Positions 26,971-60,712 of a stretch of 64,000 nt of DNA are shown one piece after another. The notes under the pieces were generated by a model that did not search any database, was not told where the DNA came from, and saw nothing but the letters and a program-made list of their open reading frames with translations. The DNA is taken from contig CM120645.1 in the NCBI GenBank assembly GCA_051362555.1, positions 9,486,001 to 9,550,000 on the forward strand, given 5' to 3'. The first letter of the stretch is position 1. Each line of letters opens with the position of its first letter. Both the position numbers and the translations under genes were made by a program. Origin of the DNA: Lingula anatina. Its lineage: Eukaryota; Animalia; Brachiopoda.

Positions 26971-28470
26971 TCAAAACAGGTCACTAATGTCATCCATGTA
27001 CACGTCTGTGAGGGGGGCAGAGGTCCTGTTAGGAGGGGTTGCTACATGAGGGTCGTATGTCCACTTTGGATACATCCTCTTGTACAAGTTCATCAACACA
27101 GTGTCCTGAGACTTCAGCTGACCATCAAATATACACTTCATGTGACCATGGGTGCCTGGTTAACAAATAAACAAGTAGTTAAAAACAAATAATGTTCAAA
27201 ACCGAGATTTGAAGATGGTAGTACCCCATTATTTTTTTTAAATTGAAGCAAAGATTTGAATGCTCCCCCCTCCACTTGATGGTAGAACACCCTAATCTGA
27301 AATCATCTAAATTCTCACCATTTACTTAGTAAATAAATAAATGAATATAAGATGTATAAATCTTTCAAATTACATCTTTAAATCAACTTTGTCTTGTATT
27401 AACACTCAATACCTTACCTCTTACTAAGAAGTAGAAAAATTTCATCCAGTACAAAATCTTAATAATTTCCAGCATTAACCAAGACAAGCCCAATCCTTAC
27501 CCAAAGCCTCCTTGATGTGCCCTCTCCTCCCATACTTAGTCCTCAGTTCTACAGGCTTGAACCACAGTATGTCCTCTGAAAGATGGTGTAGAAGAAGGTA
27601 TCAATATGGGACATGTTTATGAAGAAAATATTTATAAGACCAAAGTATTAAAATAAGACATTCTTAATAAAACAATATTTAATCTATATTTATTAAGCAA
27701 AGTGCTGGACCCATTCCTTTTCCAGTCTACTGGTATCAATATAATGTACTGTACACCTTCCACAAAATAAATATAATGATTCAACTATATTAAATATAAA
27801 TGCAGATGATCAAGGAATTAAACAGAATCTTATGTTTTTAAAAATTTTCTTTGCAAAATATGACCATCTCATAGTATCTCCTTGTCACAGAAATTACTTG
27901 CATCTGCTCACCTCTGTTAAAAAACATATATCTGACCACAGCTGACTTCTTGTTAATCTTAAAGGCATGACCACTGAGGACCACTCTCTTGGCCACTATA
28001 CGGTCAGGGTTGACGGACAGAACTGACCCTGTGGCTATCAAATCATGATCTCCTGGAAATAGTTCAATTTATGTAAATTAAAAATGCATGATTATTGATT
28101 AAATAGAAGTATATAAAACTTTTCCATAGTTTAGACCACCACATCTTTTTACAGATGCAATAAAAAACACTTTTATTAATCAGCAAAGTATTTTTACCCA
28201 TGACTTTACAGTTGGGTACTTTTCCCACTTCAAAGCTCTTCAGAAATGTCTTCAACATATCACTTTCACTTTCTATAGTAAAAATTCAATGGACACACTA
28301 AAAGTGGATCTCTACAAACTCTTGGTATCATCCACAAGTGGTGAGCTAACTCTACTCACCATTGCACTGTTCTTTAAACACCAGTACAGAGGCTGGAGGA
28401 AATATAATGGGAGCAAACACAGTGGCCACACACATCATGTCCTTCTTGAAGAACTTCTCAAACTGAAAAT

Positions 28471-28515
<45 letters not shown>

Positions 28516-31500
28516 GTCACTGATTACTGGCAACTCCAAATGACAACGATTAAGAATGTATTTATTTCTATTATTTGTTTACTTGAAAAAAGGGCTGATG
28601 AATTTCTCTAAAATAATAAATGATTGGTGACTGTCATCTTTTTTGGGTTCATGCTAAATGTAGAACCTGTATCTCCATTATATTCCAAGAAATAACTGGC
28701 ATTAAGACAGAAAGACAGATAACACATTGTAAAGCCTACAGGGTCTACTTACCTTATGTTTGTCTCCATTCGTATGCTGTGAAAATATCGGACAGGCAGC
28801 AAATCTCCTGTAGCCTACATGGAAGATCAACCGCTCCTTAGATTTGATTGGCTCAGTGCTCTGTGGCAGACGTTTCACCATGAAGTGTACCACGGACATC
28901 TTCTGCTCATGTGAAAGTAGTCCGTACAACACCACAGGAGAGCCAGCTGTGTAGGATTCTGTAAATATAAGTATTTTACTTTCATGGTCGATTAATTTTT
29001 AAATAAAAAAGTTATAATGCCCAATCACCTACAGGACTATATAAACTAGGCACTGAATATGACACTCATACAGACATTTAACAAAGATATCCAAATAAAC
29101 ATTCAAGATTATCTAGGCAAGATGGATAATGGTGAAAATTTACAGTATTAAATATTCACTTCAATAGCACATTTGTCCAGTCTACAAGTTACTGTCCACA
29201 ATTTAATGAGTTTTTTTCAGTCCAACCATCTGCATCATACTATACCCTGTAGACTTACCCATGAAAGCTCTTGGAACATTGGCAACATGAACTGTGACAT
29301 ACCAACCAGGCTGAAATAAATAATAATGAAAGGAATGATTTAACACTCACTTTACATGACAATAGCATTGTCTCATTCTATTCTTAAAATTAAAACACAA
29401 AAACAAGATGATTAATTTTTGAAAGATATTTCACTTTAACAGTACAAATTATCAAATTTTCTTTCTTTTTTTTTGAACAACAATTACTGGTTAAAACTAC
29501 CTCGGCCCCATCCTTCTCCTCCTCAAGCACTCTTTTCTTTGTTCTTTTAAAATTTTCAAACTGGAAAATCCTGGCATAGTCAGCTGGCAGGTTCTCCTTG
29601 GGGTCCCATGGGGATGTCCTGAAGCTTTTCAGACCACGGTATCTGCAATTGAAAAAATATATATAAATGTATATAGAAATTTCTTTTTCTATATTGGTAA
29701 GGAGGAGAACTTCAGATGCTGTGTCACAAACAACCAAAGTCATTACTTATTAAATCAAGTAACATGAAAAGGAAAGAACATCATTCAACAGACATAAATG
29801 CACTCACTGAAGATTTATTTTTTAATTTAAAAATGTCAAAAAATATTTTGAATACTTTGTCAAAAACAAACTAGCCACTAAATCAAACAGTAATGCCTTA
29901 TTTAACAAAGGTAACAATACACCTGTGTATTTACATTCTTACACACACATACATATGTCAGCATGTACAAAATCCCAGAGAAACAAAAAGAAATGCCTGT
30001 CCATACCTCTGAAATCTCACTCTGGCTGGCGTGTCCATGGGGGTGTCTACTTCATCAGGGAACATCTCATCTGCTCTGGCTGCCTTATACTTCTCCAGCC
30101 TGAAGAAGGGACCATGTTTATATAAAATTATATCTTTCAAAGTCCTTGGCCCTTCTCACACTGGGCAATACATGTAAACAAGAAAGTAAGTATCAGTCCA
30201 TTCTGAGTGCTCCTAACATGTAAGTATTTCCTCCTTTTCACAAGTTCTAGCAGAATACTTCTCGAATTGAATAATTGTGAGGAAATAATAAAAAAATTAG
30301 AACACGTTACTCACATCTTTTCTTCCTCATCCATATCATAATCAGCATCATACTTCTCAAAATTACCAAAAGAGACAGTCCCCTGAATGACAGACAGTAA
30401 GTCGGCATCAGTGTTTAATTAAGACACAATGTGTACAGCATACATTCAAAGACACCACACACTTTTTTTTTAAAGATTTCCTTTTCCAAATCTTATGCAC
30501 TTTCTTTTACTTGCTAAAGTAAAATATGTTGACCACTAAACAGTTAAATAGCAAAAACAAATCTAAATATAATAATTTTCTCAAGTAGCTACACAGGTGT
30601 TCCTTCAAGATATAGATAACAACCTTGTCTGTATTTGTTCCATCGTCTTCCTCCTCTTCCTCTTCGTCATCTGCTTCAGAATCTTCATCATCATCTTCAT
30701 CTTCATCCTCTACTGCCATCTTTGTTTCACCATCTTCACTCTCTGAGTCATCATCCTGTATTAAATAATGATAAACTCTAACATTGTCTTTGTAATGGAG
30801 CACAGATACTGCATACAAAAATAGACTTACAAAAACAAAAAGGTGATTATGGATTATGCAGAAAGTCTCTAACCAATGATTTATTAGCCAATGTGTTGAT
30901 TTTTTTTGAATTCATCCCTGTCCTTCTCTCTCCCTCTAATTTTAAACAATTAGACAAGGGAAAACAACATAGCTCTACAGGGTGTTTCAATAAAACTTGC
31001 ACACCACTCGCCTCATCTTCGTCTTCATCACCACTGTCTACAATCCATGCAGCCTGGTATTCTGATGTTCCCTTGGGGACCTTCTTGGTAATTGTCTTCT
31101 TTTCATGGAACTCTACTTAAAAGAACACAAACAAAGTTCAGAAACAAACTCTCTCTTTTATTCAGTATCTAGAATTGCTTACTTCTCTTCACTTTTGCTC
31201 CTCTAAGGTAATGAAAAAACTAGGCCCATTCTATAAGCAATATCTTAAATGACGATCATGCCATCACTTGAAGAAAAAACATTCAATTGAGATTCTACAT
31301 TCTAAATGAATAGCAGTAATATAATTCAATACAAAGTTATCCTATACACACTAAATTCTGAAATCTATCTTACCGTCTGCTTCCCTCAGCTCCTCCTCTG
31401 TCGGCCATGTTTGCTCGCCCTCCATTGGGTCAGGTATCACCTCAGACTGCAGCGACTCCTGGTGGCTAGGATGTGCCGTCTCCAACACCTTGATGTCTTC

Positions 31501-34500
31501 TTCCATCTTGGTGTCTGCCATGTCTTCATCCTAAACAATTACTTTATGCAACTAGAATCCTTTTCTTAAATGTATTGCACAGTATATTTTCAATATTGTC
31601 TATATTCCAACAAACACATCAGTTTCAATAATTTGACAACTTTCTTGTAATGTGTGTTGCCAAGGATTTAAGTACTGGCAAAGATCTAGGTACTGGTTTT
31701 ACTTCTTTGAATTAAAAATACAAACAGCGGATCAATTTGCAAGGAAACAATGGAGCACAAACAGTCACCCCCCCCCCCCCCCTTGAATTTCACCTCTTAA
31801 ATCGAAACAAAGACTACGTTCACAAGTATGGTAATAACTCGATCTTTTCAATGGGGGAAAATTGTGAATACAGATACTATATTTCTTAAAATTAGAACAT
31901 TCTTATTGAGTGGTAGCAACAGACTTAAAAAGCAGGCTACTCTCTCTCTCAATATATAGAGAAAAAAATGATTTTGTGATTATAAAATTATGTATATGAA
32001 AGTTACATAATTTTTGCCCATCAAAAAGACCAAATTATTTCTGTACACTAATACCCACCATGGCCTCCCCCTTCCTCTTCCTCTCCTTCTCCACCCTGAG
32101 ATTCAAGGGGAATGGATCCCGAGGGGCATCTATCTGCTTCATCTGGAAATCCCCCCAGCCAGGGATGTGAACTAGGCCATTGACACTCAGGGGGCAGCCC
32201 CTCACATAGCCTGACACCTTCAAGGTGCCCTCCTGGCTCTGGGGAGAGAAAATTTTGTTTTTGTATTGTAAATCTATTCAATTCAATAAGACACATATTG
32301 GAATGTGAATAAAATTTAAAATAGGAGAATAAGACATCTAAAAATATATAATGAAGTTATTATCTAGGGACAAAAATACAAGATGAAATGAGAGGAGCGA
32401 TTTAATCAAACAGTTGGTCTCTTGACCCTTATAAAACATTTGCAAATCAATACCTGTTTAAAGATGTACAAGAAAAAATATGTGCCCCACATACAATTTC
32501 AATAAGTGGCACACTTTACTGTTGAATTAAGTATGACATGGATGCTCACATTTTCATCGTTGAGTTCAAAGCTGACACTTTCTCCCACAAGATGGGGCCT
32601 TCGCTCTCTTAGGTGGATGGGTTTTAACTTCTGGCTGCTGATGTGATGGAGGAGCTGCACAGCTTCCTGACTGCTGTCCAAACTGTGACATTTTTCTTTA
32701 GGAAATCTGAAACATTTCACGTTTAAAATTGCAATTGTAAAACATGTTTATTGTTGAAGAGAGCAGTGGATCTTACTTAACCAGCAGAACATCAATGGAT
32801 ATTTTCCCCATTAGGAAATCATCTTGATATAACCTGTGAAAACACATTGTGACTTCTTTCAAAATAAAAGATAAAAAAAGAAAAAAACAAAATTAAATAA
32901 TTATTTGAAATAATAATTTGAGTAGCAAAATTTAACTGATATTTTCTTAGTTTCAGTGAAAAAATTGACATCAAAATACCTCATACCGAATGCATAATTC
33001 ATAAAATCACAATATCTGATGCATTAAAAATTATCCTCCCAATCTTGAAGAAGTTTTTAACCTGCGTTCAATATATTTTTGTATCATCTTTTTGGTTTCC
33101 GTCTGCTTCTTCAGAGGAACAGTTTTCAACCCCTGGACCCCGTGCAGTGCAGAGGGCATCCCCTGTGCTTGTAGACACGCCAGACAATAGTCACCGTAGC
33201 TGTCTGCGGCAAACTCTGGTGAGTACATTAACAGCACGCTGTCTGCAACTTTGGCAGCGTCGAGGAGAGCGGTAAGGTTACCGTACTCAGGGACCATGAA
33301 GGCAAATCTCTGCTTGAAACGGGGCACACTAGAAGTATAAACACGGGGTTTGAAATCAAAATGGCACTTCATAAAACTTTGTAGAGTAAAATAATGATGG
33401 TGCTTTTGTGAAACATGGAACGTTGAAAATGGAATCTCATGGTGAGCTTATATTAAATAGAAACAAGCTTTTTTTTTTTTAAACCTTGCTATAAATACAA
33501 TTATTAAACATTGCTAAAATTAGTGCAAATACAAATACAGGCTCTATCAAAGCTGTGTCTAAAAGAACCTGTTCAATGTATCTGCATATCAAAACTAGAT
33601 TTGATTACATTTATATACTAAAACTTGGTACCAAGTCTTTGAAAGTTTCCATGGTGATAACAGGACATTTGTTATCAAGTCTTTTTAAGTTTCCATGAGC
33701 ACATTACAATTACCTGATATGTGTGACACCGAGATCACTGATATTCACCACTGCCGTGTCATCACAGGTCTTAATCAGCTCCAGAACATCATTGCCATAC
33801 ACTCCATTACACAAGGGGAGGATGAGCTGCAATTGTAACAGCCAGAATGTGACACAAGAAAAGATGATAGCATTGTATTTGTGTAGTGTTCAACAACTAG
33901 ACGGTGATATCCTTTTTGTTTTTTTGGTTTTTCTAAACACTTAAATTCAATCAAATTGTGAGAGTAAAACAATGCTTATTGTTCAAAATATGATGAAAGG
34001 TTTATTCTTTTATTCAACATACTAATGACAAACAATCCAATACTGACACTATTTTTCTGGGTTGCAAGTGTGCTAAAATAGCTTCTTTTCTGATTTCATT
34101 CATTTATTTTTGATGGGTTTTATTTTTTTCTACAAAGCATGTTACTTAGTAATAAAAAATTTGTGAAGAAATAAAAATAGAAAGATACAGAGAATATAAA
34201 TGACAGAGATAAAGATGTCTTTGCCACTGTACCTACCACTAGGTGAGGAGGGCTTCCAGCACTGCCGCGACTCCTCTTCTTTGCTAGAACTTCATCTCTT
34301 TTATTTTTACGTAATTGTAGAGCCTGGAAGAAAAAACACACTTGAGAAATAAATTTCAACAACTCACATGATATTTGCTGAGAAAAGTTTCCAACTTCAG
34401 CATTCAATAGGTTTTACTATGATAGGATGCATGTGAAGATTTTTTTTTTTTACATGTAGCTTAAAAGGGGCATAACATATTAATGCTATTCTGGCTATAA

Positions 34501-35072
34501 CAAACTTGAAGTGTTAACCTGTACAAAGTAGAACAATGAAAATGTCTAATACTGACAGTCATTACGTTAATATTATGAACTTAATATCAACTTACCTGAT
34601 TCCTTCTGTCAGATTTCTTTGCATTTTGTTTGGCTTTCTTGCTTAACACTTTAACACTCACTCGACCTACAGAGAATGTTAACAGTCAATAAATAATCAG
34701 GAAATAACATGCACTTCATTTAATCCACTACATCATTTCACGAAAAGAATGGGAACATTTAAGTTGGTAAACTAAACATTCTTGCCAGTACATTCTTGTC
34801 AGTCCAAAGATAATTATGATTTGAGGGGCACTGAAATGCGACGTCAACAAAACCACGTGTTCCTGTCTACCATGTGATATGTACACACATTCTCTTTAAA
34901 CCCAAATTACGAGACAATCTGGACATTTCTGAACGACAAAAAGTATTACGTATCACCCACCTTTTGTGTCTTTATCTAGCTGTCCTTTAGTACGATGTCT
35001 CCCACTTTTGTGTGTCTTGTTTTGCTGTTTTAAAGCACCCGGTCTGTGTTGGGGCTGTCCATCGGCCGCCAT
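26971..35072 (-). CDS. TSR1: Pre-rRNA-processing protein TSR1 (40S ribosome biogenesis factor), 19 coding exons
   Basis: Exons (minus): 34961-35072 ([30 protein letters not shown]), 34596-34666, 34237-34323, 33714-33826, 33062-33328 (PRFKQRF...LDAAKVAD), 32550-32706, 32059-32238 ([12 protein letters not shown]), 31374-31530 ([16 protein letters not shown]), 31012-31115 ([13 protein letters not shown]), 30624-30755, 30315-30382, 30007-30099 ([14 protein letters not shown]), 29501-29642 ([19 protein letters not shown]), 29259-29310, 28753-28958, 28360-28462, 27912-28052, 27501-27575, 26971-27155 ([11 protein letters not shown]...[12 protein letters not shown]). Confidence 0.95.
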
Positions 35073-35831
35073 CTTTAAATTCCGTCTGCAATATTCTCGT
35101 AGCGGAATATGTCATCTCAGGCTAGGAGCCAGATGCCACCTCAGGCTAGCAAGTTTAACACCTAAAAATGCATTTCCTTGTGAATATGCGTATGGGTATT
35201 TATACCTTTTATATAGCTTTCTGACTTTTTCTCTTTTCAAGAACTTGTTAAATGGGTCTTAGTAGGGCAGAACAAGAAGAGTCCAGTTTACAAACAATTA
35301 ACGAGTGACGACGGTGCTGACATCTTACGGTGTACGATGGTTTCAGTAAGTTTCAGTAACTACTGTTTTTTCCAATAGATGGCGACTGATGTTCACTGAG
35401 CGTCAAGATTTCATTTCCATTCATTGATGATAATGACTGAAATAGTGGAACAGATAAAAATTGAAAGGAGGCAACTTATAGGTGCAGAATTCTAATTAGA
35501 GCAAATTTTATTGCATTCTCGATATAATTTTGGATGTATTATGTCAGCCCTGCTTTATAACATTTGTACGAAAGTCTATCCTAATGAATATTAGAAAACT
35601 GGTGTAAAGTTTATTAATTTTTCAGAAATGCCACTTTTTATACCGAATCGCTCTTTGAAAACAGCATGAGCTTAAATTCTGATTAAAAATCTTGTCATTT
35701 TCTTTATTCATTTATCGATTCATAACAAAAATTGACTTCCTGTTCATTGATCACAAAATACGCTTTTTTATTTATAACAAAACTGCTGTGCATGTACGTC
35801 ATTCGCTATTCCTTAACATTAAAGCATTTCA

Positions 35832-35989
35832 AGACTGATAAAATGGCTCGCTTACCGGTACACTCTTTAATCTCAAGTTTAAAACAGTGCTGTATAATAC
35901 ACGCTTGACTGTAAAACGGAGGGGAGGGGGGATTCAGAGTATTTTAATAAATTGTTTGTAAACCGGTAAGAGAGCCATTTTATCAGCCT
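35832..35989. mobile_element. Short TIR element (MITE-like) between TSR1 and the unidentified gene
   Basis: Inverted arms ctgataaaatggctcgcttaccggt (35835-35859) / accggtaagagagccattttatcag (35962-35986). TSD not clear. Confidence 0.6.
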
Positions 35990-36746
35990 GAGATTAAAAT
36001 AGTAATAAAGAAAGTGCAATCAATTAGCGTTTTTATTTTATTTTATTTTTATTTTTTTATTGAAGGACCATTCGAACAAATACATGAATAAATGTAGTTG
36101 AAACTTTTTTTCTCAAGAACTTTTCCTTTCTTTAATGTTTTTATTAAGTGTGGTTCATTAGTTGACATTGGGCGCCTTTTTAAGTCTCATCGCTACCCAC
36201 ATTATGCGATGGATAATTTTATACAACCAAATTTAAAAAAAAGGAGATAAAAAATCATCACCAAGATGATTAAAAAAAAAAAAATACCAGAATGAGGTGA
36301 CATAGTGTCGACTTTTACTGACGTTAAGAACCAAGCAAGGGTCTGTTGATGTCAAATTTAACATGAGTGACAGCACTTTTTCACGTATAATCCAAAACGC
36401 AAATCTCACAAAAGTATCATTTTCAGTTAAAAACATCACACTCCAACATTTGAGAACCCATATCAAGCGAACCCGAAGTCGCAAAAATCGCCCCCGCATC
36501 GCGCCGGCATCCCAACTTTTACGACATCGCTGGCAGATTGTGTACAATCTCTAAGCAACTGATTAGCATATGAAAAGCCGTCATAGAACCTCCACTCGTT
36601 AGTGCACTGGCAAAAGGCACAGGGGATTAGCCCACAGATCTCTAGCTTATTTGACTTCTACTGAGAGAAAATTATCACACACAGGAATATGGGACCGTTT
36701 TTACCAGATGTCACATAAACTACGGGATATACTTGGTGTTTGAATC

Positions 36747-55969
<19,223 letters not shown>

Positions 55970-56224
55970 GTAAGTTAAAATATCTTATTTTATCATTTAT
56001 TTGTGTGGATAAATTAGTGTGAATATGCATATGTGTTTTTTTTTCTTCCTTTCTCTCACAGCTTTTGGCAAAAAGGGTGAAACATACTTTAAAAAGAGAT
56101 CCTTCTACATTTAACTAAAGTTCCATTGGGAATGAGCCCTAACTTTCAGTATTAAGTCCCAGGTCTTTTATTTTATTTTAAAAAAGCTTCCTTGGAGGCT
56201 GAATGTGCCCCAACCACTGTATAA

Positions 56225-56483
56225 GGCTTCGTTCACATGGAAAGTCTATTTTCTAAAAATCTATTTTCTATTCGCGGTATATCTTGTGATCACGGTCTGT
56301 GCCCTGAATATCCCGCGGCGTAATTACTGGCAGCGCGAGCCAGTTACTATAAGTTACTATAAGTAACTGGCTCGCGCTGCCAGTAATTACGCGGCGGGAT
56401 ATTCAGGGCACAGATTGTGATCATAAGATACCGCGAGTAGAAAATAGATTTTTAGAAAATAGACATTCCATGTGAACGAAGCC
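56225..56483. mobile_element. PIF/Harbinger-type fully palindromic MITE, 259 bp
   Basis: GGCTTCGTTCACATGGAA...TTCCATGTGAACGAAGCC, with arms complementary over about 120 bp each. TAA TSD at 56222-56224 and 56484-56486. Confidence 0.92.
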
Positions 56484-57787
56484 TAATACCTGTTGTGTCA
56501 ACAAGGTCCATAACTACAGCATAGATTATAGCTGTCACCCTCTCCACTCTAATCCTTATAAACCCTTTGAAAGGCAGAGTATTCGCAAAGGCTTAAACTG
56601 CCCTGTGTTACACCTGCATGTAATCCTAGTAGTGGTCGTCTATAAGTTAGGTTATAGAAAGTCTTCAACTATTTGTTGAAAAATGGAAATGGCAGACGAA
56701 ATATTTTAGATGCTAACATTTAAAATTGTGAAAGTTTTTTTTCTGAGAGCTTTCAGTCATTGCCCATAGCCTTGACTATGATGGTGACAGACTAAATAGC
56801 TTTAGACAAATTGAAAAAAAAAATCAAAACAGATCAACAAGTAATTTATCATTAATACCAATCTCTGCACCCATACCTGTGTGCTACCACAGTGACTTAA
56901 ATACCACATAACTCCATACCCCAACCAAGTTAAGGAAACTACAATGTATGTTCCGGTAATATCCAGAGGCTATTTGCCAGGTAGAACCGCAATAACAGGT
57001 TCCCCTTGTATCAGCCTTGTTGATCAAATATTACCCAGAACATTACTGTGGTTTGAGGCCTGTCTAATGTGTGTCTAATTGAATACCTGTGGATATTGAC
57101 AAGGGCAGTTAGGCTAATGGCTGTGTCACAGAAAAGGGGAATTGTGTAAGTGAAGTACTCTGCGTGCAGTTACGAAATGGAAAAAAGTATTGAAAAGATA
57201 AAAGATACGTGTTGGAGACAATGTGTAGCATATGCCCTGGCCAGGTAGAAGAAACTGAGTAATGCACGAAGCACATTCAGCTTTTTCCTGAATTTAGAAA
57301 AAGTAATGGGGAAAAAAACTGGAAAATTTAATATGTAATTTTTCTTCAGGCAGTAACCCAGACTTATCACCTCAAGTGAGAAGAATGCACCTTTGTTTTC
57401 TTACCACAGCAGTTTTCTAAAAATTGTAAAATTAAATCTGTCATGTAAAGCACCCATGCTGGGAGTGTTTACAAGCCCACAAATTAAGCCAGTACGAGCA
57501 GCAAATGCACGTACAAGTACAGACTTCTTACAGGTTCATATTGTGGTTTTCCCCACAGCATCCTGAATATCCCTATTGTGATTGGAAAAATTGGCACTCT
57601 ACCCTGTCGTTAATCACATTATTTGTCACCAAGGATGGTACTCATCTGTTTATGTCCCATTATTCTCCATATTTTCTGGTCACCTGGGTGTTGAGTTTCC
57701 TTCCTCAATGTGTTCTCTTTGGTGTCTCTCATTCTCCACTTCTAGTATGACATGGTCTGGTGGATGTAATCATTTTACAATGATCCA

Positions 57788-57890
57788 GAAACAGGACGAC
57801 TGGTGACATTTTTTACAATTGGTGACATTTTTACCTTATTGGAAGAAACAGGACGACTGGTGACATTTTTACAATTAGTGACATTTTTAC
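57788..57890. repeat. ~57-bp tandem duplication
   Basis: gaaacaggacgactggtgacatttttacaattRgtgacatttttac occurs twice. Confidence 0.8.
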
Positions 57891-60356
57891 GTTACTGAAA
57901 ATGATCAATGGCATTGCGGTGTTGGGCTGTGTCAGTGTGTTGGAAGTAAAGATCTGCTTGGAAGAAGATCTTAGCGAGTTATGAATGCAAGGGTGCTATG
58001 AAAAGTATGATGATAGCAACACAGTCATTATCGCTGTTTAATTTGGAAGTTTAGAAATTTTACTCAAAGGTCTTGGAAATCAATTTGGTATTTTGTTTCG
58101 AAATAATGTACATTTATACTAGCTTAAAGAATGGTTATATAATTGCACATAGGATAGTATACATTTTAGAAGATCAAATGACTTTGAATTACTAGTTTAT
58201 ATTTTGCAGTAAAATTTGCTTTCCTTTCCCAACCAGTAATTTTGGTTTCCGATTTCCAAACATAACATGTCTAAACTCGTGTTTATGGTTGACTTCTCAA
58301 CTTGTGCTTGGGTGTTTTTATATCATTCACCAGAAACATTTCTGTAAAAAGTCTGGGTCTGTGATATCTTTCTCAGCTCAGACAAGTTTAATATGTCATA
58401 GCTGAAACTAGCATGTGCCACATTTGATGACCCACCTTTGACTTTATTGTGCCAGTTAGTGGTTTTTTGGTGCCATTGTGGAATGATGGTTATGTTCTTG
58501 GATTTGAGCCACTGTAGTCCTGCTTTCAGGCTGTAATATATGCAGCAGTTGTTTTCTTATTACAGAATAAAGGGAATATAGGCAGTTAGATGTGGCACTT
58601 TAAAATAAGTATAAAAATGACAAATTTGTCAACGTAGATTGGTTGGGATGGTAACATTTTATTTATTGTGGTGTATGGCAATTAAAAATATAAATTAGAC
58701 TCTGATTTGAAAGGGGACAATTGATTTAAAAATGCTAGATGACTAAATCATTACCCATTATCAATATTAAAGACACTCTTCATTACCCTTTATAAACTCC
58801 TACTAGCAGTTAAATTGTGTAACGTTTGATAACGAGAGTACGTTTTCATTGCTTTATTGAATTTAATTGGAACCATTTAAAGTACATCAGGGCAATTTGC
58901 CTTCAGATTTAATGTCCTGGTTTCCTGCCCTTGGTTGGTGATTTTGATATGACATTGTGCTGAATTGCCTTTCATTGATGATTTAAGCAGTGCAAAGTCC
59001 TAACTGTACTTTATTGAGTACTACCAGTAATTGTGTCAGCTTGTAAATAAAAAAGGGGCGTTGCCCTGACGACCTAGCTGTAAACATTGATTACATGAAC
59101 ATTGTTACATTTTTTGTTGGTACGTGATGTAATGTAAAAACTGGTTACTACTAAATTTGAGATTGTAAGTTTTAAAACAATCTGAAAAAAGCAATGAATA
59201 ACTAAAAAAAAAATTCACTCAGTGAATAGTACAGTATGCATGCATGTTTATAAATAAAATCTTTTTAAAAAAAATTGCCCAATAATTTAGTGTGACATCA
59301 AAATTAGTTCCTATTTAGAATTATTTCATTGCTCTTGGCCATTTTGCCAGTAGAATTTTGCCTGGATATATTTTCACACCATTAAATATATACATGTACC
59401 TGCATGGTTGCATGTTCTTGTGTAAAAGTTATAACCTTATCATAAAAAACTTTTCACATGTGGTATTATAATCTTTCGTGATATTTTAAAATGGTAGGTT
59501 GATTTTGTGAGAAATGAGTTGTCAAACCACATTGTTACGGTTTAAAGAATCATCAAGAATAGGAAAGAAATTGTTCTCTGACTGTCAGACTGAATTGTGT
59601 ATGCATCATTACTTCAGCCCGTTACTTATTCATTCTTACTCTATGATTTTTAGTCAGGTGAGAATATTATAGGTAATTTTTTGAAATGCTCAGTCGTGAA
59701 AAACTTTTTTGTGAGGAGAAAATGGTTTAAAGTGCATCAGAGGCCAATTTCCTAACATAGTGGTACATGTAACAAAATAACCATTTGGTTGTTGAAGTTC
59801 ACTATCAATAGAAGCAAAGATAAAGAACTTTTGAAATATAACAAAAATACAGATGTCATCATTTAAATTGTAGTCTTCAGATCATCCACCCTCCACAAAA
59901 GTATCCTATAATCTCTTTATATGCTTACCCACCCCATCATCTAAAGGCAGGAGGGAATTAAATATTAAAGTACATGTACCCCGGTACATGTTTTTACTAA
60001 AATTGCTCAATTGAAAAACTTTTTTTTGTAAAGAGAAGGAAAATGGTTATGGTACATTTAATGCCAATTTCCATGTATTTTCATTCCCACCCCCTTGACA
60101 AAAATGCCCTGTTAACTCGTTATTATATGCATGCTTACACACTTTAGTCAGGAGGGAAATGTTAAAAGTACTTTCTTAAATTCCTCCACTGAAAAACAGG
60201 AGGAGAACTGTTCAGGATACATTAAAAACCTATTTCTACATTATCCCAAGATCACCCTACTTTACAAAAGTACCCCATTAATTCATTTCAATTGAACAAG
60301 TTGGGGAGAATTGGTCATTTTATCTACGTTAAAAACCTATTTCTGTATATCCCCAG

Positions 60357-60517
60357 CAGGGGCGGATTTAGGCCCTCTTCTGGGTTTCCCAAAAGACAGC
60401 CAGATTTTCAAGTTTACATTGATGGTTATCTAAGTTTTTCTGTCAGAAGACAAAGTAGGATGGATCAACAAAGGTAATTTGGAAGACTTTCAGAAAATAT
60501 CTCTGGATCCTCCCCTG
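60357..60517. mobile_element. Decayed non-autonomous DNA transposon with CAGGGG termini
   Basis: Imperfect TIRs CAGGGGGCGGATTTAG / CTGGATCCTCCCCTG. Flanking 9-bp near-direct repeat TATCCCCAG / TATCCCCTG. Confidence 0.65.
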
Positions 60518-60545
60518 TATCCCCTGCCTTGGCCAAAAGCACCCT

Positions 60546-60712
60546 CCCTTAGCAAAATATCAGGCCTTTTGCAAATTCACAGCAAATTTGCAGCAAATTT
60601 GCTGCAATATGGCTGCAAATTAGCAGCAAGAAAATTTTTCTTGCGAACCCCTGCTAACTCGTTGCTTCAAACTTTAAACAATATTGCTGCAAACTTTTCA
60701 TTTTGCTAAGGG
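60546..60712. mobile_element. Non-autonomous element with CCC...GGG termini (CMC/EnSpm-like), 167 bp
   Basis: 12-bp TIRs CCCTTAGCAAAA / TTTTGCTAAGGG, 2-bp TSD CT, and internal gcaaattt/gctgca subterminal repeats. A similar gcaaa-rich tract lies at about 62280-62470. Confidence 0.75.

Noticed and set aside
29712-29786. Possible intronic C/D snoRNA in TSR1 (minus strand ATGATGT...CTGA, ~70 nt from the acceptor); vertebrate TSR1 hosts SNORD91
   Set aside because: The C box is imperfect, the terminal stem is weak, and I could not recognise an rRNA-complementary guide. A snoscan/Infernal search would be needed.
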